Shown in pieces: positions 31,201-41,100 of a stretch of DNA of 64,000 nucleotides (positions within the stretch are counted from its first letter, which is position 1; each line of letters starts with the position of its first letter). A model generated the notes under the pieces. That model did not search any database and was not told the origin of the DNA. It was given only the letters and a program-made list of their open reading frames with translations. A program made the position numbers and the translations under genes. The DNA is from a virus. The stretch spans positions 32,001-96,000 of the IMG/VR virus record IMGVR_UViG_3300025093_000009; one strand, given 5' to 3'.

Positions 31201-32349
31201 GTAGATGGTGTTCCTATTATAACACATAATGTAAATGGTAGAGTATTACAACAACCATATGATCAACTTACTACTGCTTGGATTAGAAGACCAAATGAAG
31301 ATGTAGAAGTAAGATCTAAATATAATGAAACTGCTGTAACAGAAGCAGATGGTGAAGTACCTAATTATAATGCTATTAATAATCTTCAATTAAGATATAA
31401 TACTCAGTTTGAGGGAGAACGTTTAAATGAAGTTGAAACTATATTTAAGAGAGCAAAATATAATTCTCATAAGATACCAGAAATTTTAAATTCTGATGTT
31501 GATCAAGACTGGCTTGAGTCAGCAACAGTTGCTATAACAGGTGTTGAGTCAGGTATAGGTTTAAATGCACCAAGAACTGTAGAAGAAGCTAGAGATGATT
31601 ATTTTGGTTTGAAAGGTGTTGCATATGATATTAAAGATAAAACAGAAGCAGATATATCATTAGGTGTAGGAAAAACTAAATTTGCTTCTTTAGATAAATT
31701 TGCTAGAGAATATTTTGATATAAATAGTCCAAAAGATTTAGCTAATGATACAAAAGCAGTTGATGCTATAAGCTATACTCTTACTAAAAATTATGAGTTA
31801 TTTAAAGATTATGCAGAACAGTATCCAACTTTAGGTTTAACTGAAGAAGATATTAGAAACATGGCTGTATTAGCATATAACCAAGGAACAAATAAACTTA
31901 TTAATACAGGAAGAGTTGATGATACAAGAACACCTGAAGAAGAAGTAGAAGAACTTAGAAAACTATATAATGCTACCCTAGCGGATAGAAGTTCTACTAA
32001 CTATAGATTTTTACCTGAAATTGTATATGATGTTGCTTTAGCTACTGGTATAGAAGAAAAGTCACCAAGTTATATTAATAAGGTTAATACATATATAAAT
32101 GATTTATATCCTTCACAAGTAGCTGATGCTGGTGCTAATTTAAATAATCAAACTCCTAGAATTTTAGCAAAAGGTGGAGAGTACGGTATATATAAAAATT
32201 ACATTGAAGGGTTATATGATGATACTGACAAAATACAATTTGCAGAACATATATATGATAAACTAAATAGGAGACACTATAAACAAGCAAAAAATGCAGC
32301 AATGGCTGCTCCAAACTTTATAATGACAAACATAATTAGGAATTCTTAA
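28273..32349 (+). CDS. Multidomain virion cargo: PT-TG-like + putative toxin + two lysozyme/SLT-like + two PG-binding + CHAP/NlpC-like domains
   Basis: LDGLGLIPGLGEIADGANALWY..GD...AGLSAAAMIP; AEAES..NPYSTASGLYG; LQDVL..GY...DGKYGPKT and IQEKL..GY...DGKFGDQT; RCAAG..DAW..GDIV..HSG..HN; GVESG..AYNQG. Confidence 0.7.
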   Translation: MKKKFTHTERRGLPGGPNEYITHVSGLFSVEGYKSDSPDKNNPFNLIDSGNITMEGVEFPVMGIDNLGNAEMMLPQNNYEFPGDMVLEIPMAQDGDETPMATQMLDEVVVTAPKKKQSLFSKVGHGVLDGLGLIPGLGEIADGANALWYLAEGDKMNAGLSAAAMIPFIGWGATAGKLGLKGKKALDAANTARQLSKADLNYAKSLGLDVKDYNNLVDQYNASNKTYRSVSPQADVLNDINFRKAAEKAGIDFSKTATDNTDLLKYMSTSIPYKKLGNVYTDAAVKGTNDARSFLFTSPNKQFTSFYAPDGYMAKMPLFTDDINKLSIPEITNRIKFGSRASEYPFDALLDNPYMQNTLKSGTRVSMPPASKLGVQENTVQFIGDRGQRLFDPNTVEILPVGEALKNPNFQKGKEVPPEKWQDTINYIDENKLKRAIAEAESLNGQLMKNPYSTASGLYGQRFSELEKGKLYDGTRDQFIKDLDAQNRIFDMRLNEGVKVNKTTPLLKDAYDLMNEYKPQIKDFDFDYYDIISLSNFLGRQGTREFFGNVIRDGKDLSEVFPNLYGPNVKQPNKTPQEYLGITRKYYRQYAGEIPVIAQDNTRVNMPTIPIIDKKPAPTSRYSDLLFTENDFDIIGDDKDEFNPFDTIPIDTLEIQRDNTNVVDTNILPEYLQKYEKIKGPNFSDEEFKNILFDVSQESEFNEYQDPVLIADFIKKSNFYAEGWKDMTSAAPNEVKDLQDVLVRKGYDIGPTGVDGKYGPKTYAAHRAMVDDINLNPNAISRYYKKYGANNSSEVRGIQEKLVKLGYMSETLPNKNTTSIDGKFGDQTREALERYNTENAKDDPKATVFNDIPNLLEEDRCAAGMCVILERNNVLTEAIGVKYKDAWDLYESMENADNSEMVYNIYDDPRFNRINEETDINDLRKITKNVKKESQTKASDYAIGDIVGLFWDGSSHHAETLKSKTYNTHSGFVSDIVDGVPIITHNVNGRVLQQPYDQLTTAWIRRPNEDVEVRSKYNETAVTEADGEVPNYNAINNLQLRYNTQFEGERLNEVETIFKRAKYNSHKIPEILNSDVDQDWLESATVAITGVESGIGLNAPRTVEEARDDYFGLKGVAYDIKDKTEADISLGVGKTKFASLDKFAREYFDINSPKDLANDTKAVDAISYTLTKNYELFKDYAEQYPTLGLTEEDIRNMAVLAYNQGTNKLINTGRVDDTRTPEEEVEELRKLYNATLADRSSTNYRFLPEIVYDVALATGIEEKSPSYINKVNTYINDLYPSQVADAGANLNNQTPRILAKGGEYGIYKNYIEGLYDDTDKIQFAEHIYDKLNRRHYKQAKNAAMAAPNFIMTNIIRNS

Positions 32350-32382
32350 ACCATAAAGATTAGCGAATCTCCTTAATTATTT

Positions 32383-32390
32383 GTATATTA
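32383..32390 (+). promoter_or_regulatory. GTATATTA putative phage promoter motif
   Basis: TTTGTATATTA 10 nt before ATG 32401. Confidence 0.45.
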
Positions 32391-32400
32391 ATAATATAAT

Positions 32401-35124
32401 ATGATGAACGTGGATTTAAACAAAAAAAGTGTAAAACAGCAGGGTGGTCAGCAAATGATTCCTAATGAACCTGGTATGCAACAGCAACCGCAGGTTGATC
32501 CACAGGTTATGCAAATAGCTGAAATGTTCAACCAATCAATAGAATCTGGCCAAAAACCAGAAGAAGTTGTTGTTATGCTTATGGAACAAGGGGCTGATCA
32601 AAATATTATAGGTCAAGCACTTATGCAAGTAGGTATGGCTCAAGAAGATGTGGTTGTTATTTTTGAAAACGTACAAAAAATGCAACAACCTAAAGCACCT
32701 ACAGCTGAACAAATTACAAATAATCCACAACAACTGGCTAGAGAAGAAGAGATACAAGAGGATGCACCTAATATGGATATACCTATTGATCCTATAGAGA
32801 TGGCTAAATCAGGTATTGAAATTAAGCCTGAGAATAAAGGTAAGTTTACTAGATGGGCTAAAGCACGTGGTATGTCAGTTGCTCAAGCATATAAAAAAGT
32901 ATTAGCTAATAAAGAAAAGTATCCTCCTTCTGTAGTTAAGATGGCAAACTTTGCACGTAATGCAGCTGGTTGGAAAAAAGGACAAGAAGGTGTTGAAATG
33001 CCAAGTGAAGGTTTACCTGTACAAGATCCATCTGTTTTGCAAAGAATGCAAATTAAACTTCGTGACTTAATAAAAAGTAATGAAGTAAGCCAGGCTCCAT
33101 ATGATATACAAGGTATGATTCCTCCAGGTTACGTACCAAATCCAATGCAAACATTTGAATTTAGAGATGCAAATCAAAATGGTATTGAAGATAGGGATGA
33201 AGGTATTTATAAACAAAGAGATTTAATACGTGAAGAAGATTTACCTAAAGGAAAGGCAATAGGAAGAACTTTTTGGGGAAAAAGCAGTGGTGTACCTTGG
33301 CCTACTATGGATATTCCGGGCAAATATGCTCAACCTAAATTACAAGGTGGGGGTGATAATTATGATGCTGTAAAAGCTGCAATGCTTCAGGGAGACAAAG
33401 TAGGAACAGACATGCAAAATCAATTGGCATCTTTTATGAACCAAGTTAATTTTGTTGATACAAGTAAACCTAAAGAAAAAGACAATAGAAACTTTATTGA
33501 CAAAGGACAAGATGAAGGCGTATTAAATCCAGGACCATTATATGTAAATCCAGCTATATATAATAATAACAAATTTAATCTAGGTAAAGCAGCAAATGTT
33601 TTATTAGAGGGTTATGAAAATATGTTTAGCGGTAAGGATAAAGATGGTGATGGTGTCAAAGATGGAAGCTTTAGAGATTGGAGAGGTAAGGCTATAAAGA
33701 ATAAGTTGGATAAATATAGAAATGCAACTTATACTATAAACTATGATGGTAGTGCGGAGAACATTCAAGCTATGAAAGATTTCCAAACTCAATTTATGAA
33801 AGAAAATCAAGATTCAACACCAGAAGAATTAATTGAAAATACAGCAAAATATACAGAACAAGGTTTTCTTGATGGTATAGAGAATTTAAATTTAGATCCT
33901 AAAATAAAAACTTTTTTAACTAAAAGTACAGAGGGAATGTCTGATGCTGCAATACAGGCATATCAAGATCTTAGAGCTAAGATATTAAAAGACCGTGGTA
34001 TAGAAATAGAAGAAGATACTTCAGTAGAAGTAGAAGATACTACAGTAGAAGATACTAAAGTAAATGAAACTGATCCTAATTTTATAGGACCACCAGAAGC
34101 TCCTACTGATGAAGATATAGATGAAGATATAGTAATTAAATATGGTGCTGAAGTATTACCTAAAGCATTATTTGGTTTTGGTAAAAGAGCAAGACAAGCT
34201 AAACAAAAGATAAAAGAAGATCCAATATCATTTGCAAGACTAATGGCAGGAGATGTAACAGCTGCAACTGCATTTATGCAAACAGGTGGTGCGCCATTTG
34301 CAGATCAAACACTTACTTTTCAAGAATGGTTTATGCAAGATCCTATAACTAGAAGTGGACCAAACGCTCAGCAAGAATATGAAGCCTATGTTCAACAACA
34401 AGAAGGTCCACAATTAGGTCCTGTACAAACAGATACACCTTCATTAGAGGATGCAAATACTGGTACTTATTCACCAATGGTAGATAAAGATAAAGATGGT
34501 ATTCCTGATTATATAGATATTGATGGTGGTGATGGATCAGGGAAAGGTGCTCCAGGTACTGTAGATCCATCCCCTTCTGCGGAAGAACTCTATGCAAAAA
34601 TTAAGAAACCTGAAGTAGATGTAAATACAGGAGGTTTAAAAGGATTTTTAGATAGAGTTAAGAACAGCACTGTTGCTACAGCATTTGGTGATGTTTCTGA
34701 TTTTGCTGTTAAAGCTGCAGATGTAGCTAATGATTACTTTGCTCAAAAAGAGCAAGAAGAGGCAATGGATGATTTGAGAGTAAGTTTATCTGCAGATAAT
34801 ATATATGGTACAAAAACAGATGCCTTTAATAAAAGAGGAACGTTTGATGTAAACACAGGTATAATGGGTAGTGAAGGTGACGCAACTACTGGATTATATC
34901 TTACAAAAAAAGGTGGAGAGTTTAAACCACATATGATGTATGATCCTAAAAATGGTAAAGGGTATATGGCTAATAAGATGGAGGATCATTTAAGAATGAA
35001 AGAAATGGGTTACCTACATAAAGAAGAGTTAGGCAAAGCTAAACAAGGTGGAGAAACAGTTAGTGTTGATTCAGCAATGTTAGCAAAACTAATTGCAGCG
35101 GGAGCTGACATAGAAATGTTATAA
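32401..35124 (+). CDS. Low-complexity modular virion cargo protein
   Basis: Q/P-rich and acidic stretches, DxDxDG motifs, small basic modules bounded by KxGG-type motifs. Confidence 0.6.
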   Translation: MMNVDLNKKSVKQQGGQQMIPNEPGMQQQPQVDPQVMQIAEMFNQSIESGQKPEEVVVMLMEQGADQNIIGQALMQVGMAQEDVVVIFENVQKMQQPKAPTAEQITNNPQQLAREEEIQEDAPNMDIPIDPIEMAKSGIEIKPENKGKFTRWAKARGMSVAQAYKKVLANKEKYPPSVVKMANFARNAAGWKKGQEGVEMPSEGLPVQDPSVLQRMQIKLRDLIKSNEVSQAPYDIQGMIPPGYVPNPMQTFEFRDANQNGIEDRDEGIYKQRDLIREEDLPKGKAIGRTFWGKSSGVPWPTMDIPGKYAQPKLQGGGDNYDAVKAAMLQGDKVGTDMQNQLASFMNQVNFVDTSKPKEKDNRNFIDKGQDEGVLNPGPLYVNPAIYNNNKFNLGKAANVLLEGYENMFSGKDKDGDGVKDGSFRDWRGKAIKNKLDKYRNATYTINYDGSAENIQAMKDFQTQFMKENQDSTPEELIENTAKYTEQGFLDGIENLNLDPKIKTFLTKSTEGMSDAAIQAYQDLRAKILKDRGIEIEEDTSVEVEDTTVEDTKVNETDPNFIGPPEAPTDEDIDEDIVIKYGAEVLPKALFGFGKRARQAKQKIKEDPISFARLMAGDVTAATAFMQTGGAPFADQTLTFQEWFMQDPITRSGPNAQQEYEAYVQQQEGPQLGPVQTDTPSLEDANTGTYSPMVDKDKDGIPDYIDIDGGDGSGKGAPGTVDPSPSAEELYAKIKKPEVDVNTGGLKGFLDRVKNSTVATAFGDVSDFAVKAADVANDYFAQKEQEEAMDDLRVSLSADNIYGTKTDAFNKRGTFDVNTGIMGSEGDATTGLYLTKKGGEFKPHMMYDPKNGKGYMANKMEDHLRMKEMGYLHKEELGKAKQGGETVSVDSAMLAKLIAAGADIEML

Positions 35125-35126
35125 TT

Positions 35127-38060
35127 ATGGCAAAAATTAAAATAAATAAATTACCAAAAGGATTTAAGTTAGTTGACGGCAAAGTAGTTGAAGACAAACT
35201 TATGCAACGTGGTGGTGGGCTTACATCTGGTGATCAAGCTGATTATGGTTTGGTTACAACTCCAGAACAATATTATGGTCTTACAAATTTTAATAATACA
35301 CAAGATGAGACTGTAAGATATTCTTTAGGTGCTGTACCTAGAGATGAAGCTAATTTAGAAGCTGAGGGTGGAGAAACTGTATTAACAGATTTAAATAATG
35401 ATGGTATGTTTGGTCTTTACAATATTACAGGACCAAGACATAACAGAGGTGGAGTACCAATGTTTTTACCAGAACAGTCTTTTGTTTTTTCTGATACAAG
35501 AGCTTTAAGAATGAGCCCTGATGAAATGCAAGAGTTTGGTATAGGTGGTAGTAGAAAAACGCCAGCTGTACTTTCTAGACGTTTTGGATTACAAGATTAT
35601 TATGCTGAATTAGACTCACAGTATGCTGATGATATTTCTGCTAGAAGTGCAGAGCTTATGTTGCAAAAAAATATGGGAGATTTATCTAAGCTTGCCTTTA
35701 TACAAGAAGCAAAAAAAGATTTCCAAGACGGTGTACCATTAGCATCATACCCATACTTAGCATCTATAGGAGAAGACCCTATAGCATTTACAGCTAAGAT
35801 GGAAGAGATATCAGAACAAAAAGCTCAAGAAAGAGCATTCCAAGCTTTACCACCTGAGCAACAACAACAGATATTAATGTTGCAAGAGTTTATGGCACAA
35901 CAGCAAATGTCACAAGAAGGCATGCCTCCACAAGGTATGGAACAACAAATGCAACCACAACAACCAACAGCTCAACAACAAGAGTTGGGTATGGCAATAG
36001 CTAATAATGATATGCTAATGACTGCTCAGTTTGGTACTGAAATGGGTGATTTCTTAGGTAAAGCTGGTTTAACTAAATATCAAAAGAAAGGTGAGACAGC
36101 TTCTCAATATGCTAAAAGAAAAGGACAAAGTTGGCCAGAAGGTGCAAAAGATCCTACATTTGATGGCAAAGTATGGCAGTTTCCAGATGGAACACCACCA
36201 TTAGACAAACAAGCTGCAAGAACTTTAGCTATAGCAGTTGCAACTGGTAGTCCAATACCACCTCAGTATATGAAAGATACTAATGCTTCTGATAATACTG
36301 AATCATCTACACAAGATGAAGAAGTAACTATTAATGAAAATGAAGAACTTAATACTGAAGATCAAACTGTAGAGGTTAAAGAAACTAAAGTAGTATCTGA
36401 AAACCAGGTTGATAAAGTTGAGTCAGGTAACAATCCGTTTAAAGAAGGTTCAGCTAATTATAAAAAGCATAATGAATATGTAAATGGTGGATATACACCT
36501 ACTATCATAACAGAAAATGGTAAGAAAAGAGTTAAATATGTTAGACCTGCAACAGAGTTTGATTATAGTCAATATGCAGACAGGCTTAAAAATGTAACAA
36601 AGACTGAAGTTAAAGGATCAGATGGTAAAACATATTCTGTTTATTCTGATGATGTAACTGGTCAGCAGCAAATAACCAATGAGTCTGGTGCTGCCATATT
36701 TATACCAGGATTATATTCTGCATCTGATTCACCTGTTACACAATACAGTAATAGATACGGATTTGGTTCTGATGAATTTTTTGAAGATAAATCAAAAGAA
36801 GATTTTTATTTTAGAAATAAAGCAATCATTGATAAAATTCCTGACTTTCAATTTAAGATGGAAAGAGATGCTGATGGGGATAAAAAGACTGATCAAGCAT
36901 ATATTGATAACTGGCTTAAGTTTCAAAACGCATATGAGGATGAGCGTAAGAAATACATGGAAGCTCAAGGCCTTACTTACATTCCTTACTTTATTTCTGA
37001 TGAAGAGTTTAAAGCTCATCCAGAAAAATATGACAAAGATGGAGATGGTAAGATAGATGATGACTTTAAGAAAAGAAGACTAGATGGTAAAGCAGGTGTA
37101 TTTACTATAAATGCTCCTGGTTTTGATATAGGTTATGAACCTGGAGATACACAGTATTTAGATGTACCAGATGATCCAAAAACACCACCTATACCAAAAG
37201 ATACACCACTTCCTCCAAGAGAATGGTGGCAGCAGGACATTAATAATTTATTGACTCTTAATGCAATAGAGGATGAGTTGTTTTTACCGTGGGCTCCTGA
37301 GTTAGAAGATCAAAAGATAGATTATGTATTAGATGACTATACAGGAAGAGTAAATGCTAATCTAGCAGCTCAGAATGTAATGGCTAATGCATTAGGTGCT
37401 TATGGTCCACAAGCTATTGCTAGAAGTGATATACAAGGTAAAACTTTAGATGCAAATGCTAAAGCTATAAACCAAGTAAATCAGAATAATGTTAGAACAA
37501 TGAACCGTGTTGCAGCTTTACAACCTCAGCTTGATATGAAAGTTGATATACAAAATGCTAAAACACAAAAAGGTTTATATGATGATACTGTAACTGCATT
37601 ACAACAAGCTCAGAATTTTGATAATTGGAAAACTGCTAAGTATAATGAATTGTATAATACAGGATTGACTAATGCAGCTAATACTTACAACCTCAATACT
37701 TTATATGATACTTATAATGTAGATCCAAGGTCTGGTGGTTATGTAGAGTTTACTCCTGATGGTAGAATGTTATATAAAGATAGTTCAGCTGATCAAGAAC
37801 AAATTAGAATTGAAAGACTACAAAAGCTTCAAGAATTATTTCCAGGTAAAGCTCATGAAAATTATCCTATAGTATATGGTGATAATGTAAATGCTACAGA
37901 AGGTATGACAAATGCTCAAGTTGAGGCACAACGAAGAGGTGGTTTTCCATCTTATAGTCCAACAGGTAATGTTAATGTAAACCAAGGTAAAAAAGGAACA
38001 GAAGTAAAAAAGAAATATAGAAAAGCATTCCCGTTTTCAGTGGGACAGATGGGTTATTAA
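35127..38060 (+). CDS. Virion cargo (ejection) protein
   Basis: ANLEAEGGETV...GPRHNRGGVP module, Q-rich linker, C-terminal N/Q/A-rich helical region; lies between muzzle and vRNAP. Confidence 0.6.
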   Translation: MAKIKINKLPKGFKLVDGKVVEDKLMQRGGGLTSGDQADYGLVTTPEQYYGLTNFNNTQDETVRYSLGAVPRDEANLEAEGGETVLTDLNNDGMFGLYNITGPRHNRGGVPMFLPEQSFVFSDTRALRMSPDEMQEFGIGGSRKTPAVLSRRFGLQDYYAELDSQYADDISARSAELMLQKNMGDLSKLAFIQEAKKDFQDGVPLASYPYLASIGEDPIAFTAKMEEISEQKAQERAFQALPPEQQQQILMLQEFMAQQQMSQEGMPPQGMEQQMQPQQPTAQQQELGMAIANNDMLMTAQFGTEMGDFLGKAGLTKYQKKGETASQYAKRKGQSWPEGAKDPTFDGKVWQFPDGTPPLDKQAARTLAIAVATGSPIPPQYMKDTNASDNTESSTQDEEVTINENEELNTEDQTVEVKETKVVSENQVDKVESGNNPFKEGSANYKKHNEYVNGGYTPTIITENGKKRVKYVRPATEFDYSQYADRLKNVTKTEVKGSDGKTYSVYSDDVTGQQQITNESGAAIFIPGLYSASDSPVTQYSNRYGFGSDEFFEDKSKEDFYFRNKAIIDKIPDFQFKMERDADGDKKTDQAYIDNWLKFQNAYEDERKKYMEAQGLTYIPYFISDEEFKAHPEKYDKDGDGKIDDDFKKRRLDGKAGVFTINAPGFDIGYEPGDTQYLDVPDDPKTPPIPKDTPLPPREWWQQDINNLLTLNAIEDELFLPWAPELEDQKIDYVLDDYTGRVNANLAAQNVMANALGAYGPQAIARSDIQGKTLDANAKAINQVNQNNVRTMNRVAALQPQLDMKVDIQNAKTQKGLYDDTVTALQQAQNFDNWKTAKYNELYNTGLTNAANTYNLNTLYDTYNVDPRSGGYVEFTPDGRMLYKDSSADQEQIRIERLQKLQELFPGKAHENYPIVYGDNVNATEGMTNAQVEAQRRGGFPSYSPTGNVNVNQGKKGTEVKKKYRKAFPFSVGQMGY

Positions 38061-38107
38061 ACTTAAAGAGTTTACCGTCAATGCTTTGTAAACTTATTAA
38101 ATAATAT

Positions 38108-38115
38108 TAATTTTG
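38108..38115 (+). promoter_or_regulatory. Possible Bacteroidota -7 element TAATTTTG
   Basis: Matches TAnnTTTG but lies only 4 nt from ATG 38120. Confidence 0.25.
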
Positions 38116-38119
38116 AATT

Positions 38120-41100
38120 ATGAGTACATACATCAAAGGAGCAGATACTTATTTACCAGAAATTAAACCGTTTACACCGGATTATAAATTTCTGTCTGCC
38201 GTGCTTGATACAAGGCAGGATAAGTATGATACTAATTTTAAAGCAACAAATGATTTATATAATAAAGTTGTGTATGCAGATCTATCTAGACAAGATACTA
38301 GAGATAGAAGAGATCAGTATGCAGAACAGATAGCACCTCATATTGAAAAGATTTCTGGAATGGATTTATCTATTGCAGCTAATGTAGAAGCTGCTAAAGG
38401 TGTTTTTGCTCCTTTCTATGAAGATGATCTTACTGTAAAAGATGTGATGTTTACAGCAGCATATAGAGATCAAATGCAACGTGCTGATAATCTTAAGAAC
38501 TCACCTAATGTAGATGTTGCAGATAAATGGTGGGATGTTGGTGTTAGAGCTATGCAATATCAAATGGATGAGTTTATGAATTCATCTGCTGATGATGCGT
38601 TAAGACAAGGGTTACCTGAGTATGTACCTGATGCTGATTTATTTAAGATGAGTCAAAAGATTTTAGAAGAGATGGATCCTCCTCTAAAAATGAAGATGGA
38701 TAGGTTTGCTTTAGTAGATAACCCAAAGTTTAATCCTAATAAACCAGAAGGTCCTGGTAATTTAAGAAAGATAAATAATACTGACTGGATTATAACTGAA
38801 CAAAATGGAACATTAGTTACAGGAGCTGCATTACAACAAATTAGAAATAGGTTGATGAATCATCCTAATGTACAAAGAGCATATCAAACAAAAGCTTATG
38901 TTATGGGTATGGACTTTGCTACAGATGCAGTAAAAAATGGAGCTGCTTCAAGTTTAAAAGCAGGTCAAGAGATGTGGGCTAATGAAACTATTAGAAGAAT
39001 TACCGCTATAAATGATAAGAGATTACCACAAGCATTACAAGATTTAGCAGCTGCAGAACGTGCTGCCGTAACTTGGGATAGTTACAAATTAACTAATGGT
39101 TTGGTAGAGGGATCTGAAATAGATCAACTTCATAATGAAGAACTTTCTGATATTGAAGCTTATAAGCGTGATATAGAAAATATGAAAAAGATTCAGGATG
39201 AAGGAAACTTGCCTGCGTCAGATAGTTTAGCCGGTACTCTTAACAGAGCTTATAGTATGCTTATGCAACATGATATTATGAATGATATGATGGAGTCAGC
39301 TCAAGCATTTAGTGCAAGAGACTATGAGTATACAATGCGTGAAAACCAATATGCTGTAGATGAAAAAAGGCATTTGTATGACATGGCAGAAATTAAAGCT
39401 AGAGCTATAAATGCAATGAATCTTGAGAAGTTTAAGCAAGATAGAGAAGACGCTAGAATGCGTGAAAAAATTGCAAGAGAAAATGCAGCATTAAATAATC
39501 CTTTAAATGCAGCCCTGCAAGGTAATAATGTTACTATTGGTGATGCACAAAGTATTGATGTTGCAACTAAAGATGGTGAGGCAACACAAAATGTTGATAT
39601 GATTCAGCGTAGTAATTCTCAATATATAGAAGCAGATCAAAAACTAGCAACAACACAGGTTGATGATATTTTGAATATGATGCAGCTAATGAATCCTAAA
39701 GGGGATAATAGCTCACAAGATCAAACTTTTGGTATTATGTTACCTGGAGATGAACCAGGTACTGTTGAAGAGTATAGAGGTACAATAGAAAACATAAAGA
39801 GAAAACTTCTTACACGTAATACAACTACAGTTGATGGTAAAGAAGTACCAGGAGATTTCAAATACCGTAATGTCATTAATGATATCTTTACAGAAAAGAA
39901 TAACGTTTTTGTAGATACTAGACTGCAAACAAAGAACAACCCTAATTTAACTTTAGGTCCTGAAGGTCAAACAATGTATGATGACTTATACAATAAAATG
40001 AATGGTCCAGGTGGTACTCTTACACAAATGAAAGGTGTTGATGCCTTTATTACAGATACCTATGAGAAGTATGAAAAAGTATATAATGATGAGATAGTAC
40101 AACTAGTACAAACTGAAGATAGACATGTTAAAAATCTTATGCAAAATGGTAACATGCCAGGTTTATTTTTAAACGGTGTACCATTTGCAAGCAAAGAAGA
40201 ATATATTAAGTATGTTGTACAAGGTGTTGAAAAAGGTGAAATATTAAATGTTGATTTAGATTGGAAGTGGGATACAGGAACAAGTAATACTGATTATAAA
40301 ATCCCTGCAACTCAAACAAGATATACTGAGTATGGTACACAGTCATTCCCTGTTTACAATGAAGACGGCTCCCGTAAGTATGAAATAGATATGAGTGCTG
40401 TAGAGTCTGAAGCAGGTATGGTTTATGATGCTTTAAAAACTAAACTAAACGCTAAATTAACAGGACAGCTAGGAGACAATTTTGTTGGTGGTGATTTTAA
40501 TTCTGCTAGATATGGCTTTGGTGGTGCATACAGTGATGTTGTAAGTAGCCCAACATATAACTACTCTCTTAATCCTTTAACAAGTAATCCAGGTGCTGAA
40601 GCAGAGATGATTAATTTAGTTAATCAGTTGAATTATCTTGAGAAAGATAATAAAGCATATGGTCTTGGATATGGTAAATTAAATAAAGAAAAAGAGCTTT
40701 TAGAAAAAAATGCATTGGCTGTTAAAGTTTGGAGTTTATATAAAGAAGATCTACAAACTTGGTATGGTAATCCTAAAAGATCTAATACTGATGCTATAGC
40801 TCCTGTTGCAACATTAAGATACAAACCTGTATTTGATATAGCAAGTAAAGCAGATAAGACACATGCTGGTTATGAGATTGTGTTTTCTCCTGAGTGGTTA
40901 GCATCAAAAGTAAGTGGACCAGCTAGTGATCAGTATGGTGCATTAACATCAAATGAAGTAAAATTATTGCAGGGTGTTGGTGATGATAATGAAGGTGCAG
41001 GTATCTTTATGGTTTATGATCAGAACTTTGATCAAAACATGAAGAGTAATAATACATCTTTTTATTCTCCTACAGAAATAGATATTGTATCAGGTACCAA

